From the NCBI GenBank assembly GCA_964611355.1, contig CAZSYD010000015.1:1-46199 (forward strand): a stretch of DNA of 46,199 nucleotides. Reading direction: 5' to 3'. The stretch comes from an uncultured Ignavibacteriales bacterium (GTDB lineage Bacteria > Zixibacteria > MSB-5A5 > GN15 > JAAZOE01). A program made the translations under genes and the position numbers. The notes beneath the pieces were generated by a model that ran no database searches, was not told where the DNA came from, and saw nothing but the letters and a program-made list of their open reading frames with translations. This document shows, one piece after another, positions 7,864 through 17,531 of this stretch (positions within the stretch are counted from its first letter, which is position 1; each line of letters starts with the position of its first letter).

Positions 7864-8838
7864 ATGACGCCAGGAGCATTAATAATTTTTGCAGGGGTGC
7901 TTGTATTTTTCGCCTTCGTTATGGCCGGGATGTCGTTCAAGATCATTCGGCCGTATCAGAAAGGTATGGTCGAAAGGCTGGGAAAATACCAGCGGATTCT
8001 TGATTCCGGACTAAACATCATCGTGCCCTTTTTGGACATTGTAATCAAGGTTGATATGCGTGAGGTTGTGCTCGATGTACCGGCCCAGATGGTTATCACC
8101 AAGGATAACGTCGGCGTGGAGGTGGACGCCATCGTTTATGCCCAGGTGACTGATCCGGTCAGGTCGCGTTACGAAATCGCCAACTATATAATGGCGGCCA
8201 CCAAGCTTGCCCAGACCAACCTCCGTAATATCATCGGTGAAATGGAACTGGATCAATCGCTGACGTCGCGCGACGTTATCAACACCCAGTTGCGGGATGT
8301 GCTCGACACCGCCACCGACAAATGGGGCATCCGCGTCAACCGGGTTGAACTTCAGCGTATCGACCCGCCTGTGGATATTACCGAGGCGATGAGCCAGCAG
8401 ATGAAAGCCGAGCGCGTCAAACGGGCAAATATTCTTGAAGCGGAAGGTATCAAACAGGCCGAAATCCTCAAGGCCGAAGGCGATAAACGAGCCAGAATCC
8501 TCGAAGCCGAGGGCGAGGCCGAAGCGATTAAGCGGGTGGCCGAGGCGGATAAGTATAAGAATATCACCGTCGCCGAAGGCGAAGCTCAAGCCATTATCAA
8601 TGTCTTTAATTCGATTCACGAAGGCCGCGCCACCGAAGATGTGATTACCATCAAGTACCTCGAAGCGCTGGCCAAGATCGCCGACGGCAAGGCTTCCAAG
8701 ATATTCCTGCCGATCGAGGCTTCCGGCATATTGGGTTCCCTGGGGGCGGCCATTGAAGCCATAGCTTCCGGTAACAGTGGAGGCAAAAGCGGTTCCGGAG
8801 AAAGGTCAGACCCTGCTCCGGGCGATCCCCGGGCCTAA
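7864..8838 (+). CDS. SPFH/band 7 (stomatin-like, QmcA-type) protein
   Basis: VERLGKY, VITKDNV, LAQTNLRNIIGEMELD, SRDVIN, WGIRVNRVE, QMKAER...AEG repeats. Confidence 0.93.
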   Translation: MTPGALIIFAGVLVFFAFVMAGMSFKIIRPYQKGMVERLGKYQRILDSGLNIIVPFLDIVIKVDMREVVLDVPAQMVITKDNVGVEVDAIVYAQVTDPVRSRYEIANYIMAATKLAQTNLRNIIGEMELDQSLTSRDVINTQLRDVLDTATDKWGIRVNRVELQRIDPPVDITEAMSQQMKAERVKRANILEAEGIKQAEILKAEGDKRARILEAEGEAEAIKRVAEADKYKNITVAEGEAQAIINVFNSIHEGRATEDVITIKYLEALAKIADGKASKIFLPIEASGILGSLGAAIEAIASGNSGGKSGSGERSDPAPGDPRA

Positions 8839-8850
8839 TCAGATTTTCCT

Positions 8851-8877
8851 GCCCCCGGTCTCAACCCGGCCGGGGGT
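8851..8877. terminator. GC-rich hairpin downstream of the SPFH gene (possible terminator/pause)
   Basis: GCCCCCGGTC / GGCCGGGGGT stem; no clear U-tract on the plus strand. Confidence 0.4.
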
Positions 8878-8895
8878 AAATATCCATCAAATCTG

Positions 8896-8923
8896 TTGAA
8901 TTTTTCGAAAAACCGTATATATT
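8896..8923 (+). promoter_or_regulatory. Putative sigma70-type promoter
   Basis: TTGAAT-N16-TATATT upstream of the 8995 CDS. Confidence 0.4.
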
Positions 8924-8994
8924 CCTTTTTCAATTAAGTACGGCACCGGGGAGGTTCCATGACGTTTGGTTGTTTCGGATAACAGGAGGTTATC

Positions 8995-10752
8995 ATGAAA
9001 GAGTGGAAAAAAGCCGCCGTATCAATATTGGTACTTACGGTTTTGGTTGCCTTGCCCGGATTCAATCAGGCAGTAAACGCCGGGGAAAGCGAGCTTCCGA
9101 CCGTCAGGTTTGCGGTTATCGGAGACCGTACCGGCAGCCATGTCCCGGGTATATACGGGCAGGCAGTTGGGGAAATCCAGCGCCTGCGGCCGGAGTTTGT
9201 CATAAGCGTCGGCGATATGATAGAAGGATACACCGATGACACCACCCGGCTTCACGCCCAGTGGCAGGAATACATGTCGCTGGTCGAGCCGCTAACCATG
9301 AAGGCCTACCATACCTGCGGAAACCATGACGCCATGAACGAAACCCAGGAAAGTATTTACCGCCAGTATATGGGCTCGCCTTACTACTCTTTTGATTACG
9401 AACACATCCATTTTATTTTCATAGACAACGGCCGCTACGAGACGAGCAACGATATCGCCGGTGAGCAGATTGAATGGCTGATTGATGACCTGGAAAAATC
9501 TAAAAAGGCCGGGTATACCATAGTCTTTATGCACCGACCGTTCTGGTATAAGACCACAGCCGTCGGCAAACCGGATACGCTTCATACGCTTTTCGTAAAA
9601 TATGGCGTCGATGCCGTTTTCACCGGCCATTATCACCAGTATTTCTCGGGTGAATATGATGATATTATCTATACCGGCGTCGGAAGTTCCGGCGGAGGCA
9701 CCGAACCCGGCCCAAGCGGCCTGATGTATCATTTCTGCTGGGTTACCCTTTCCGGAGACGATATCGCTATTGCTCCGATTAAAATGGGAGCGGTTCTGCC
9801 GTGGGATGAAGTCACCGCCGATGAGCTTCGCATTGTCACCAGAATGCAGAAATTCGGCCTTGCCTGCGAAAAAGTATCGGTGGAAAGCGACTTAACCGTT
9901 TCGGACCGAAAATTTACTCTAACGGTAAACAATCTTTCGCCGGAACAACCCTTCCAGGATACTTTGAAGTGGAAGTTGCCGGAAGGGTGGACGATACAAC
10001 CGGAGTATTCCCCGGTAGATATTGCCCCGGGTGAGACGGGCAGGTTTGAATTCACGGCCTCATGCGCCGCGTCGCTTTATCCTTTACCGGGCGCAACGGT
10101 TGATTTTACCTACAGAGAAAGCAAAAAGACGACCATAAATATCCCTCTGTTAATTTCCCGTGAAGTCGATTGTCCGAAAGCCGCCAAACGCCCGAAGATT
10201 GACGGAAAACTCAGAGAAAAAGTATGGCAAAACCCGACCACGCGGCTTTTTTCGCCTGACGGCGGGCCGATGGAGATTGACCCGGTTGAATTTTATTTCG
10301 CCTATGACGATAAAAATCTCTACCTGGCCGCCCGATGCACCGAAACCGTGATGGACTCGCTGGTCGCCAAAGTGAAAAAGCAGGACGGCACCGTTTGGGC
10401 TGAAGATTGTGTCGGCTATTTTTTCCAGCCTGATATAGATAAAGAAATTGCGTATCAAATCTATATCAATGCTTTGGGAGCGGTTTTTGATCAGAAGCTG
10501 ACTATCAATCAGGATGGATTTGTTGATGGAAACATAGAGTGGAACGGCAAGTATAAAATAAAAATCGGGCGCGGTGACGATTACTGGACGGTCGAGGCGG
10601 CCGTACCGCTGGATCAGTTCGAAACCGCCGGCGAAGCCGGGAAAAAGTGCGGCATCAATTTCCGGCGCAAACAAAAGCGTCTCGGTACCGCCGGTGACTG
10701 GCAGGAGATCGATCACGATCCCAAATCATACGGGACTTTAATCATGAGGTAA
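8995..10752 (+). CDS. Secreted calcineurin-like metallophosphoesterase with Ig-like (NEW3-like) and CBM9-like sugar-binding domains
   Basis: SD AGGAGG and signal peptide. Metallophosphoesterase motifs GD-R, VGDM, GNHD, FMHRP, GHYH. Middle W-x-LPEGW...IAPGET Ig-like domain. C-terminal PKIDGKLRE..W...AYDDKNLYLA...DCV...WTVEAAVP resembles CBM9. Confidence 0.85.
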   Translation: MKEWKKAAVSILVLTVLVALPGFNQAVNAGESELPTVRFAVIGDRTGSHVPGIYGQAVGEIQRLRPEFVISVGDMIEGYTDDTTRLHAQWQEYMSLVEPLTMKAYHTCGNHDAMNETQESIYRQYMGSPYYSFDYEHIHFIFIDNGRYETSNDIAGEQIEWLIDDLEKSKKAGYTIVFMHRPFWYKTTAVGKPDTLHTLFVKYGVDAVFTGHYHQYFSGEYDDIIYTGVGSSGGGTEPGPSGLMYHFCWVTLSGDDIAIAPIKMGAVLPWDEVTADELRIVTRMQKFGLACEKVSVESDLTVSDRKFTLTVNNLSPEQPFQDTLKWKLPEGWTIQPEYSPVDIAPGETGRFEFTASCAASLYPLPGATVDFTYRESKKTTINIPLLISREVDCPKAAKRPKIDGKLREKVWQNPTTRLFSPDGGPMEIDPVEFYFAYDDKNLYLAARCTETVMDSLVAKVKKQDGTVWAEDCVGYFFQPDIDKEIAYQIYINALGAVFDQKLTINQDGFVDGNIEWNGKYKIKIGRGDDYWTVEAAVPLDQFETAGEAGKKCGINFRRKQKRLGTAGDWQEIDHDPKSYGTLIMR

Positions 10753-10836
10753 AACAGATCGGGTTTAGGCGCCTTATTTGATAAATGGTGTAATTGCCTT
10801 CTTAAGGAAGAGCAGATAGCAGCATTCGGAGCAGTG

Positions 10837-11211
10837 ATGTATAACGAAAAGATAATGGATCATTTCCAAAATCCCCGCAATGTCGGCGAACTGGAAGACG
10901 CCGACGGCGTCGGAACCGTCGGCAATCCTTCCTGTGGAGACATAATGACCATATATATAAAGGTCAAAGACGACGTAATTTCCGATATAAAATTCAAAAC
11001 GTTCGGGTGCGGTGCGGCGATTGCCTCCAGCTCCTACACCACCGAACTGGTGAAAGGAAAAAAGATCGACGAGGTTCTCAAGTTCACCCGCAGGAATGTC
11101 TCCAATGGTCTGGGAGGGCTGCCGCCGATTAAGATGCACTGCTCCAACCTGGCCCTTGACGCTCTCCGGGAAGCGATAGAGGATTACCGGTCGAAACAAA
11201 AAAAGGATTAA
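10837..11211 (+). CDS. iscU: Fe-S cluster scaffold protein, IscU/NifU N-terminal type
   Basis: YNEKIMDHFQNPRNVG, GNPSCGD, FKTFGCGAAIASSS, LPPIKMHCSNLA. Alternative GTG start at 10834. Confidence 0.93.
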   Translation: MYNEKIMDHFQNPRNVGELEDADGVGTVGNPSCGDIMTIYIKVKDDVISDIKFKTFGCGAAIASSSYTTELVKGKKIDEVLKFTRRNVSNGLGGLPPIKMHCSNLALDALREAIEDYRSKQKKD

Positions 11212-11479
11212 TATCTTCCCTGCCGGGTGCCGCTCACATTATCAGTGGACACTATTATTATGCTCGTACTGCCGGCGTATTCGATAAGTCATTTAATTTT
11301 CCAGTAATTGTAACCATCCTGCCGCGAAATCGAAACCAATCCGGTATTCAATAGCTGACAGTTATATTCTGACTCGCGGCTATTGACTTGCCGTGCCTAT
11401 GTATTAATTTGATTTTTCTTTCAAGGACGTGGTCAAAACGGTTGCAAGTTAACGTCAATACAAGGGTAAGGAGTCGGTT

Positions 11480-12334
11480 ATGATAAAAAAACTGGGAATT
11501 GTCGGCTGCGGCCAGATGGGAAGCGGTATCGCTCAGGTGGTCGCTCAGGCAGGGGCACCGGTGATCGCCTGTGAGGTATCCGAAGAGTTATGGAAGAAAG
11601 GTTTTGCCCGGATAGAAAAAAACCTGAACAAAGCCATAGAAAAAGGGAAAGCCGATTCGGCCTTTAAGGAAAAAACAATGGGCAACCTGACCGGCACGAC
11701 GAGTCTTTCCGATCTTGCCGACTGCGATCTTGTGGTCGAGGCGATTATTGAAAATATGGACGCCAAGATAAAAACTTTTAAGGAGCTGGATAAGATATGC
11801 AAACCGGAAACGATCCTGGCCACCAACACTTCGTCGCTTCCGGTCGGTGATATGGCCGCCGCCACGGGCCGCCCCGATAAGTTCTGCGGCCTGCACTTTT
11901 TCAACCCGGTTCATATCATGAAACTTTGCGAGCTGGTGCGCACGATTGACACCTCCGACGAAACCATCGCTGCAGCCCGGGGATTTGCCGAGGCGTGCGG
12001 CAAGACCGTCGTTTCGGCCAAAGATCGACCCGGCTTTATCGTCAACGGCCTGTTGATACCGTACCTGCTCGATGCCATCAGGATGCTGGAAGACTGCGTG
12101 GCCTCGCGCGACGATATTGACAACGGCATGATGCTGGGATGCGGCCATCCGATGGGACCGTTGACGCTGAACGATTTTATCGGCCTCGATACCATGCTGC
12201 ATATCGCCGATATCATGTTCGAGGAGTTCAAAGACAAACACTACGCCGCCCCGCCGCTACTTCGCCGGATGGTCAACGCCGGATATTTGGGCAGAAAATC
12301 GGGACGCGGCTTCTACGATTACACCAAGAAATAA
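11480..12334 (+). CDS. hbd: 3-hydroxybutyryl-CoA (3-hydroxyacyl-CoA) dehydrogenase
   Basis: GCGQMGSGIAQ, VVEAIIE, TNTSS, GLHFFNP, PGFIVN, GHPMGP, DFIGLD, GRKSGRGFYDY. SD AAGGAG. Confidence 0.93.
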   Translation: MIKKLGIVGCGQMGSGIAQVVAQAGAPVIACEVSEELWKKGFARIEKNLNKAIEKGKADSAFKEKTMGNLTGTTSLSDLADCDLVVEAIIENMDAKIKTFKELDKICKPETILATNTSSLPVGDMAAATGRPDKFCGLHFFNPVHIMKLCELVRTIDTSDETIAAARGFAEACGKTVVSAKDRPGFIVNGLLIPYLLDAIRMLEDCVASRDDIDNGMMLGCGHPMGPLTLNDFIGLDTMLHIADIMFEEFKDKHYAAPPLLRRMVNAGYLGRKSGRGFYDYTKK

Positions 12335-12347
12335 TGCGAGGGTAAAG

Positions 12348-13127
12348 ATGGGTTATAAACATATTGAAGTAAAAATCGAAGACGGCATCGCGGTGATGAC
12401 AATAAATCGCGAAAAAGCGCTCAATGCTCTCAACGCCGAATTAGTCGCTGAACTGGAAGATTTCCTTTCCGAAAATCGGCTGAAACGTGATTTCCGCTGC
12501 GTGGTTCTTACCGGAGCGGGCAAAGCTTTCGTGGCCGGGGCCGACATCGGCGAACTTGCGGAACTCGACGCCGCCGGCGCCGCCCGCTCAGCCGAAATCG
12601 GTCAGCGCCTGACAAAAACGATTGAGGATTTCCCCTGCCCGGTAATTGCCGCCGTCAACGGTTTCGCCCTCGGCGGCGGATGTGAACTGGCTATGGCCTG
12701 TGATATCCGGCTGGCGTCGGAAAAGGCCAGAATCGGTCAGCCGGAAATTAGCCTCGGTATAATTCCCGGTTACGGCGGGACTCAGCGCCTGATCCGCCTG
12801 GTCGGCCGGGGCAAAGCCAAGCAGATGGTTTTCACCGGTGATATGTTCGACGCCGCCGAAGCGCATCGGATCGGCCTGGTTGATGAAGTCTATCCTCCCG
12901 AAGAGTTGATGCCGAAAGCGATGAAATTAGCTAAAAAGATAGCTTCCAAAAGCGCACCGATAATGAGGCTGGCCAAGGAACTGATCAACCGCGCCGCCGA
13001 TGTCCCCCTTTCCGCCGGTTTGAACCTTGAACGCAACGCGTTCGGTATCTGCTTCGGTTACAAAGACTCCAAAGAAGGCTTGAAAGCGTTCCTGGAAAAA
13101 CGCCAGCCCGTTTTCAGGCATGAGTAG
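12348..13127 (+). CDS. crt: Enoyl-CoA hydratase (crotonase)
   Basis: AFVAGADI, AAVNGFALGGGCELAMACD, QPEISLGIIPGYGGTQRL with both catalytic Glu present. Follows hbd. Confidence 0.92.
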   Translation: MGYKHIEVKIEDGIAVMTINREKALNALNAELVAELEDFLSENRLKRDFRCVVLTGAGKAFVAGADIGELAELDAAGAARSAEIGQRLTKTIEDFPCPVIAAVNGFALGGGCELAMACDIRLASEKARIGQPEISLGIIPGYGGTQRLIRLVGRGKAKQMVFTGDMFDAAEAHRIGLVDEVYPPEELMPKAMKLAKKIASKSAPIMRLAKELINRAADVPLSAGLNLERNAFGICFGYKDSKEGLKAFLEKRQPVFRHE

Positions 13128-13139
13128 TATTACAATACT

Positions 13140-13167
13140 GCCCGGCGGATGGAAATATCCGCCGGGC
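13140..13167 (+). terminator. Inverted repeat after crt (probable terminator stem)
   Basis: Perfect 11-bp stem GCCCGGCGGAT-ggaaat-ATCCGCCGGGC; the sequence following it is cut by the N gap. Confidence 0.5.
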
Positions 13168-13173
13168 GCTTGC

Positions 13174-13273
13174 NNNNNNNNNNNNNNNNNNNNNNNNNNN
13201 NNNNNNNNNNNNNNNNNNNNNNNNNNNNNNNNNNNNNNNNNNNNNNNNNNNNNNNNNNNNNNNNNNNNNNNNN
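13174..13273. other. Assembly gap (100 N)
   Basis: Run of exactly 100 n, typical of a scaffold gap of unknown size. Confidence 0.98.
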
Positions 13274-13831
13274 CCGCTTTTGACGGTCAATATCGCCGAA
13301 GCGACCCGTAAAGGTTTTTGGGCCGGGCCGATCCTGACCGGCGGGCACGCCGTCGCCGAATTGGGGGTGGTTGTTGCGCTGGCGTTTGGATTGTCCGAAC
13401 TTCTTGCGTCGGAGAAAGTTTTCCAGGTCATAGGCATTGCAGGCGGCATCGCCCTGATTCTTATGGGCGCGGCGATGACCTACGATATTATTCGGAAAAA
13501 GATTACGTTCGACCCCGATCAACCCGGTTCGGGTTCCGGGCTTTTGGTCGGCAAAGGTATCACCGCTTCGCTTTCCAACCCGTACTGGTTTGTCTGGTGG
13601 GCGACAATCGGGTCGGCTTTTTTGTCCAAATCGCTGGTACACGGTGCAATCGGGCCGGTGATTTTCTATTTCGGGCATATCATGTCGGATCTTGTCTGGT
13701 ACGGTTTTGTCTCGTTTCTTATTTCAATCGGTAAAAAACTTTTGGCCGGGCGGCCGTATTATATTCTTATTTCACTCTGCGCCGTGTTTCTTATTTACAT
13801 TGGCGTGAAATTTATTATCGACGCCCTGTAA
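13274..13831 (+). CDS. LysE/RhtB family translocator, 5' end lost in the gap
   Basis: Reads PLLTVNIAE...GHAVAE...SLSNPYWFVWWATIG...GHIMSD, a LysE-type hydrophobic pattern. The usual N-terminal ...PGP motif would lie in the gap. Confidence 0.85.
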   Translation, partial: PLLTVNIAEATRKGFWAGPILTGGHAVAELGVVVALAFGLSELLASEKVFQVIGIAGGIALILMGAAMTYDIIRKKITFDPDQPGSGSGLLVGKGITASLSNPYWFVWWATIGSAFLSKSLVHGAIGPVIFYFGHIMSDLVWYGFVSFLISIGKKLLAGRPYYILISLCAVFLIYIGVKFIIDAL

Positions 13832-13929
13832 CGGAAAAAGCAAGTATGACTTTCCTGCCTGCTAATATTGCAAAAACGGTAAAGAAATGGTTGAAATATA
13901 ATCGGATAGTCTGCCGCCGAATTAAAACC

Positions 13930-13957
13930 TTGACGGTCGCCGGTTACCTGTTAACAT
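13930..13957 (+). promoter_or_regulatory. Putative sigma70 promoter for dnaE (extended -10)
   Basis: TTGACG-N16-TAACAT with TG one base upstream of the -10. Confidence 0.45.
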
Positions 13958-13991
13958 AACGTTTGGCTTTGGGAAGAATCAGGATGCAACC

Positions 13992-16900
13992 ATGAAAAGA
14001 AGCGGTTTCGTTCATCTCCATAATCACACCCAGTATTCGTTGCTTGACGGCGCCAGCAGGATTGACGATCTGGTGGTGACGGCCAAAAAGTTCAATATGC
14101 CGGCCATGGGGATCACCGACCATGGCAACATGTTCGGGGCGATTGAGTTTTACAGGAAAACGACCGCGGCCGGCATTAAGCCGATTATCGGCATGGAAGC
14201 CTATGTCGCCGGAACCTCCCGGTTTGATCATAAGCGGGTCCCCGGCTACCCCGACGGCGGCTTTCACCTGGTCCTTCTGGTTAAAAACCAGACTGGCTAT
14301 AAAAACCTAATGAAACTCTCTTCGGCCGCCTACCTGGAAGGATTCTACCATCGGCCGCGGATCGACAGGGAAATATTAAAGCAATACCGCTCGGGACTGG
14401 TGGCCCTGTCGGCGTGCCGCAAGGGTGAGTTGCAATATCGGCTTGCCAGGGGAGAACATGATAAGGCGGAAGAAGCGGTTCGGTTTTACAGCGAGCTTTT
14501 TCAGGACGATTTCTACGTCGAGCTTCAGGATCACGGCATGCCGTTTGAAAAGGAGATGATATCGCAGTTGGTCGCTGTTGCCGAAAAATACGACCTGCCG
14601 CTGGTGGCAACCAACGACTGTCATTATATCAACCGCGAAGATGCCGAGGCGCATGATGCTCTCCTCTGTATCCAGACCGGCAAGTTGATTTCCGACACCG
14701 ACCGGATGAAGTATGAAACCGACCAGATTTATTTCAAGTCGCCCGAGGAGATGGAAAAGATTTTCGCCGATTTCCCCTCGGCAATTGAAAACACCGTAAA
14801 AATTGCCGAAAAATGTAATCTCGAAATCGAAATGGGCAAACTGCTTCTGCCCGCTTTTCCCATACCGGACAAGACCAAAACCCCAGATGAATACCTTGCC
14901 GAACTGGCTCGTAAAGGGCTTCAAGAGCAGTATCCAAAAATTACGTCGGAGATCGAAAACAGACTTAACTATGAATTGGACATTATTCGACAGCTCGGAT
15001 ATGCCGGGTACTTCTTGATTGTGATGGACTTCATCGAATATGCTCGCGCCAACGATATCCCCGTCGGGCCGGGCCGCGGCTCCGCCGCGGGATCGATTGT
15101 GTCTTACTGTCTCGGTATAACAAAAGTCGATCCTATCAGGTATGAGTTGCTATTCGAACGGTTTCTCAACCCGGAACGAATCTCGATGCCGGATATCGAC
15201 ATCGATTTTTCCGACCGTGGCCGGGACAGAATCATCGATTACGTGGTCAATAAGTATGGCCGTGAGAATGTTACCCAGATCATAACATTCGGAACCATGG
15301 CCGCGCGGGGGGTGGTGCGCGATGTCGGCCGGGTTCTGGCAATGCCGTACGCCGAGGTCGATAAAATCGCCAAGATGATTCCCGCCGTGCCCGATATGAC
15401 TCTGGATAGGGCTCTCAGGCACAGTCCCGAATTGAAAAGTCTGGTCGAATCCGACGAACGGGTCAATAAGCTGATCCAATTATCCCGAACGCTCGAGGGT
15501 CTCACTCGCCACGCCTCAACGCATGCCGCCGGTGTGGTAATAGCGCCCGCCAACCTGACCGATTTCGTTCCGCTTTTCCAGAGCACCCGCGATGAAGTTA
15601 CCACCCAGTACGATATGAAACAGGTGGAGGCCATCGGCCTTTTGAAAATGGATTTTTTGGGACTGCGGACTCTGACGGTTATCGACGACGCCGTCAAGAT
15701 GATCAAAACCGGTAAGGGAGCGGAGATCGAGCCTGATAATCTTGATCTTAAGGATGAGGAAGTCTATAAGATTTTCGGCGCCGGTCAGACGATCGGGGTT
15801 TTCCAGTTTGAATCGGGGGGTATGCGCGAATACCTGCGCAAATTGAAACCGACCTGTCTGACCGACCTGGTGGCAATGAACGCCCTGTACCGGCCGGGGC
15901 CGCTTGATTCCGGCATGATTGATATCTACATCAACCGCAAACACGGCAAAGAAAAGGTCGCCTATGAGCATCCGATGCTGGAAAAGATTCTCAAGGATAC
16001 CTACGGCGTAATCGTTTTCCAGGAGCAAGTGCTCAAAATAGCCAATAAACTGGCCGGATATTCTCTTGGCCAGGCCGATCTTCTGCGCAAAGCGATGGGC
16101 AAAAAAGACGCCAGGATTATGGCCGAACAAAAGAAAGGGTTTATCGAAGGGGCGGTCAGACAAAAAGTCCAAGAAAAAACGGCGGAACGGATTTTCGATT
16201 TGATTGAGACTTTCGCCCGTTACGGATTCAACCGGGCTCATTCGACCTGTTATGCTCTTCTGGCGTACCAGACGGCGTGGCTCAAGGTGCATTATCCGCA
16301 CGAATTCATGGCGGCATTGCTGACTTCGGAGATTGGCGATTCCGATCGGGTGTTTGTGTTAATGGAGGAATGCCGCCGAATGGGGATCGAGGTTTTGCCG
16401 CCTGATGTGAATGAATCGCCGGGTTCATTTACCGTTGTCGGCGATGAAATCCGTTTCGGGCTTCTGGCAATTAAAAATGTCGGCACCGGGCCGATAGAAC
16501 AGATAATCAAGGCTCGTGAAGAGGGCGGAAGGTTCAACTCGCTGGCTGATTTCGTTTCCCGCGTCGATCTGCACGCCCTCAACAAGAGGGCGCTGGAATC
16601 GATGATCATGACCGGCGCTTTTGATTCGATATACTCCAATCGCAAGGCGATGCACCAATCCGTTGAGCAGATGATCTCATTCGGCCAGGCCGTTCAACAG
16701 GACTCGCCTACCGTCGATATGTTCGGCGACCGAAAATCCGACCAGACTCGCCGTCCCCCCGAAATGAGCGACATTGAAGACTGGCCGCTTTCGACAAAAC
16801 TCAACGGCGAAAAGGAAATGTTGGGTTTTTATGTTTCCGGGCATCCGCTGGCTCACTACCGCCGCGAGCTGGGTCATTTCGCCACCGTTACCACTCGAAA

Positions 16901-17417
16901 AATCGGTTCCGCCGATGACGGTCGGGAGATGCGACTGGGCGGGATCATTCAGAACATTAAGGTAATGCTTGATAAAAAGGGCAACCAGATGGCTTTCGTG
17001 ACCATCGAGGATTTTGCCGGCAGCCTGGAACTGATAGTATTTTCCGATTGCTATGAAAAGGCGAAGAGTTTTTTGGCGGTCGATGGTATAATCCTAACGT
17101 CAGGGCGGGTGTCAACCCGTGAAGGACAGGCTCCAAAGCTGATCGTATCGAGCATTGTGCCGTTGAATCGGCTGAGCGACTTTTATAATTGCCGACTGGT
17201 TCTGAGTATTGAGAGGAAAAACTATGACCGGATATCGCAGTTGATGCCGATCCTGAAGTCCCATCAAGGGGATAAGGAGTTGGTGATTTTAACCCGCAAC
17301 AACGGCGAGGAGTTGCAGATAAGACCTCGAAACCTGCGCGTAAATCTGGCCGGAGAGTTCGTTGATGATCTCAAGGAGATACTGGGTGAGACCGGCGCGT
17401 ATCTGGCCCCGGCCTGA
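13992..17417 (+). CDS. dnaE: DNA polymerase III alpha subunit (DnaE1)
   Basis: PHP motifs HLHNHTQYSLLDG, TDHG, TNDCHY; GPGRGSAAGS, FERFLNPER, PDIDIDF, KMDFLGL, YGFNRAHS; OB-fold C-terminus. 1141 aa with no intein. Confidence 0.98.
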   Translation: MKRSGFVHLHNHTQYSLLDGASRIDDLVVTAKKFNMPAMGITDHGNMFGAIEFYRKTTAAGIKPIIGMEAYVAGTSRFDHKRVPGYPDGGFHLVLLVKNQTGYKNLMKLSSAAYLEGFYHRPRIDREILKQYRSGLVALSACRKGELQYRLARGEHDKAEEAVRFYSELFQDDFYVELQDHGMPFEKEMISQLVAVAEKYDLPLVATNDCHYINREDAEAHDALLCIQTGKLISDTDRMKYETDQIYFKSPEEMEKIFADFPSAIENTVKIAEKCNLEIEMGKLLLPAFPIPDKTKTPDEYLAELARKGLQEQYPKITSEIENRLNYELDIIRQLGYAGYFLIVMDFIEYARANDIPVGPGRGSAAGSIVSYCLGITKVDPIRYELLFERFLNPERISMPDIDIDFSDRGRDRIIDYVVNKYGRENVTQIITFGTMAARGVVRDVGRVLAMPYAEVDKIAKMIPAVPDMTLDRALRHSPELKSLVESDERVNKLIQLSRTLEGLTRHASTHAAGVVIAPANLTDFVPLFQSTRDEVTTQYDMKQVEAIGLLKMDFLGLRTLTVIDDAVKMIKTGKGAEIEPDNLDLKDEEVYKIFGAGQTIGVFQFESGGMREYLRKLKPTCLTDLVAMNALYRPGPLDSGMIDIYINRKHGKEKVAYEHPMLEKILKDTYGVIVFQEQVLKIANKLAGYSLGQADLLRKAMGKKDARIMAEQKKGFIEGAVRQKVQEKTAERIFDLIETFARYGFNRAHSTCYALLAYQTAWLKVHYPHEFMAALLTSEIGDSDRVFVLMEECRRMGIEVLPPDVNESPGSFTVVGDEIRFGLLAIKNVGTGPIEQIIKAREEGGRFNSLADFVSRVDLHALNKRALESMIMTGAFDSIYSNRKAMHQSVEQMISFGQAVQQDSPTVDMFGDRKSDQTRRPPEMSDIEDWPLSTKLNGEKEMLGFYVSGHPLAHYRRELGHFATVTTRKIGSADDGREMRLGGIIQNIKVMLDKKGNQMAFVTIEDFAGSLELIVFSDCYEKAKSFLAVDGIILTSGRVSTREGQAPKLIVSSIVPLNRLSDFYNCRLVLSIERKNYDRISQLMPILKSHQGDKELVILTRNNGEELQIRPRNLRVNLAGEFVDDLKEILGETGAYLAPA

Positions 17418-17531
17418 ATGACTAAAGCAGTCTTGATTTTTCCCGAAATTTGATTAAACTATAAAGCCTGTGATACATATAATCTGAAGCGCGGCGTAGC
17501 AGCCGCCGGGATTTTAGGGCGTTGTTGAGAC

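Noticed and set aside
7420..8838. nfeD-SPFH gene pair
   Set aside because: Well-known conserved pairing with nothing unusual here.
13120..13311. ORFs spanning the N run (13120-13311, 13114-13449, 13130-13678)
   Set aside because: Artefacts of translating through the 100-N gap; the sequence before the gap is a hairpin, not the LysE N-terminus.
13944..16965. Many 60-260 aa alternative-frame and antisense ORFs inside dnaE (likewise inside ileS, hbd, ALDH and the permeases)
   Set aside because: Expected by-products of codon bias in long genes; none shows family motifs.
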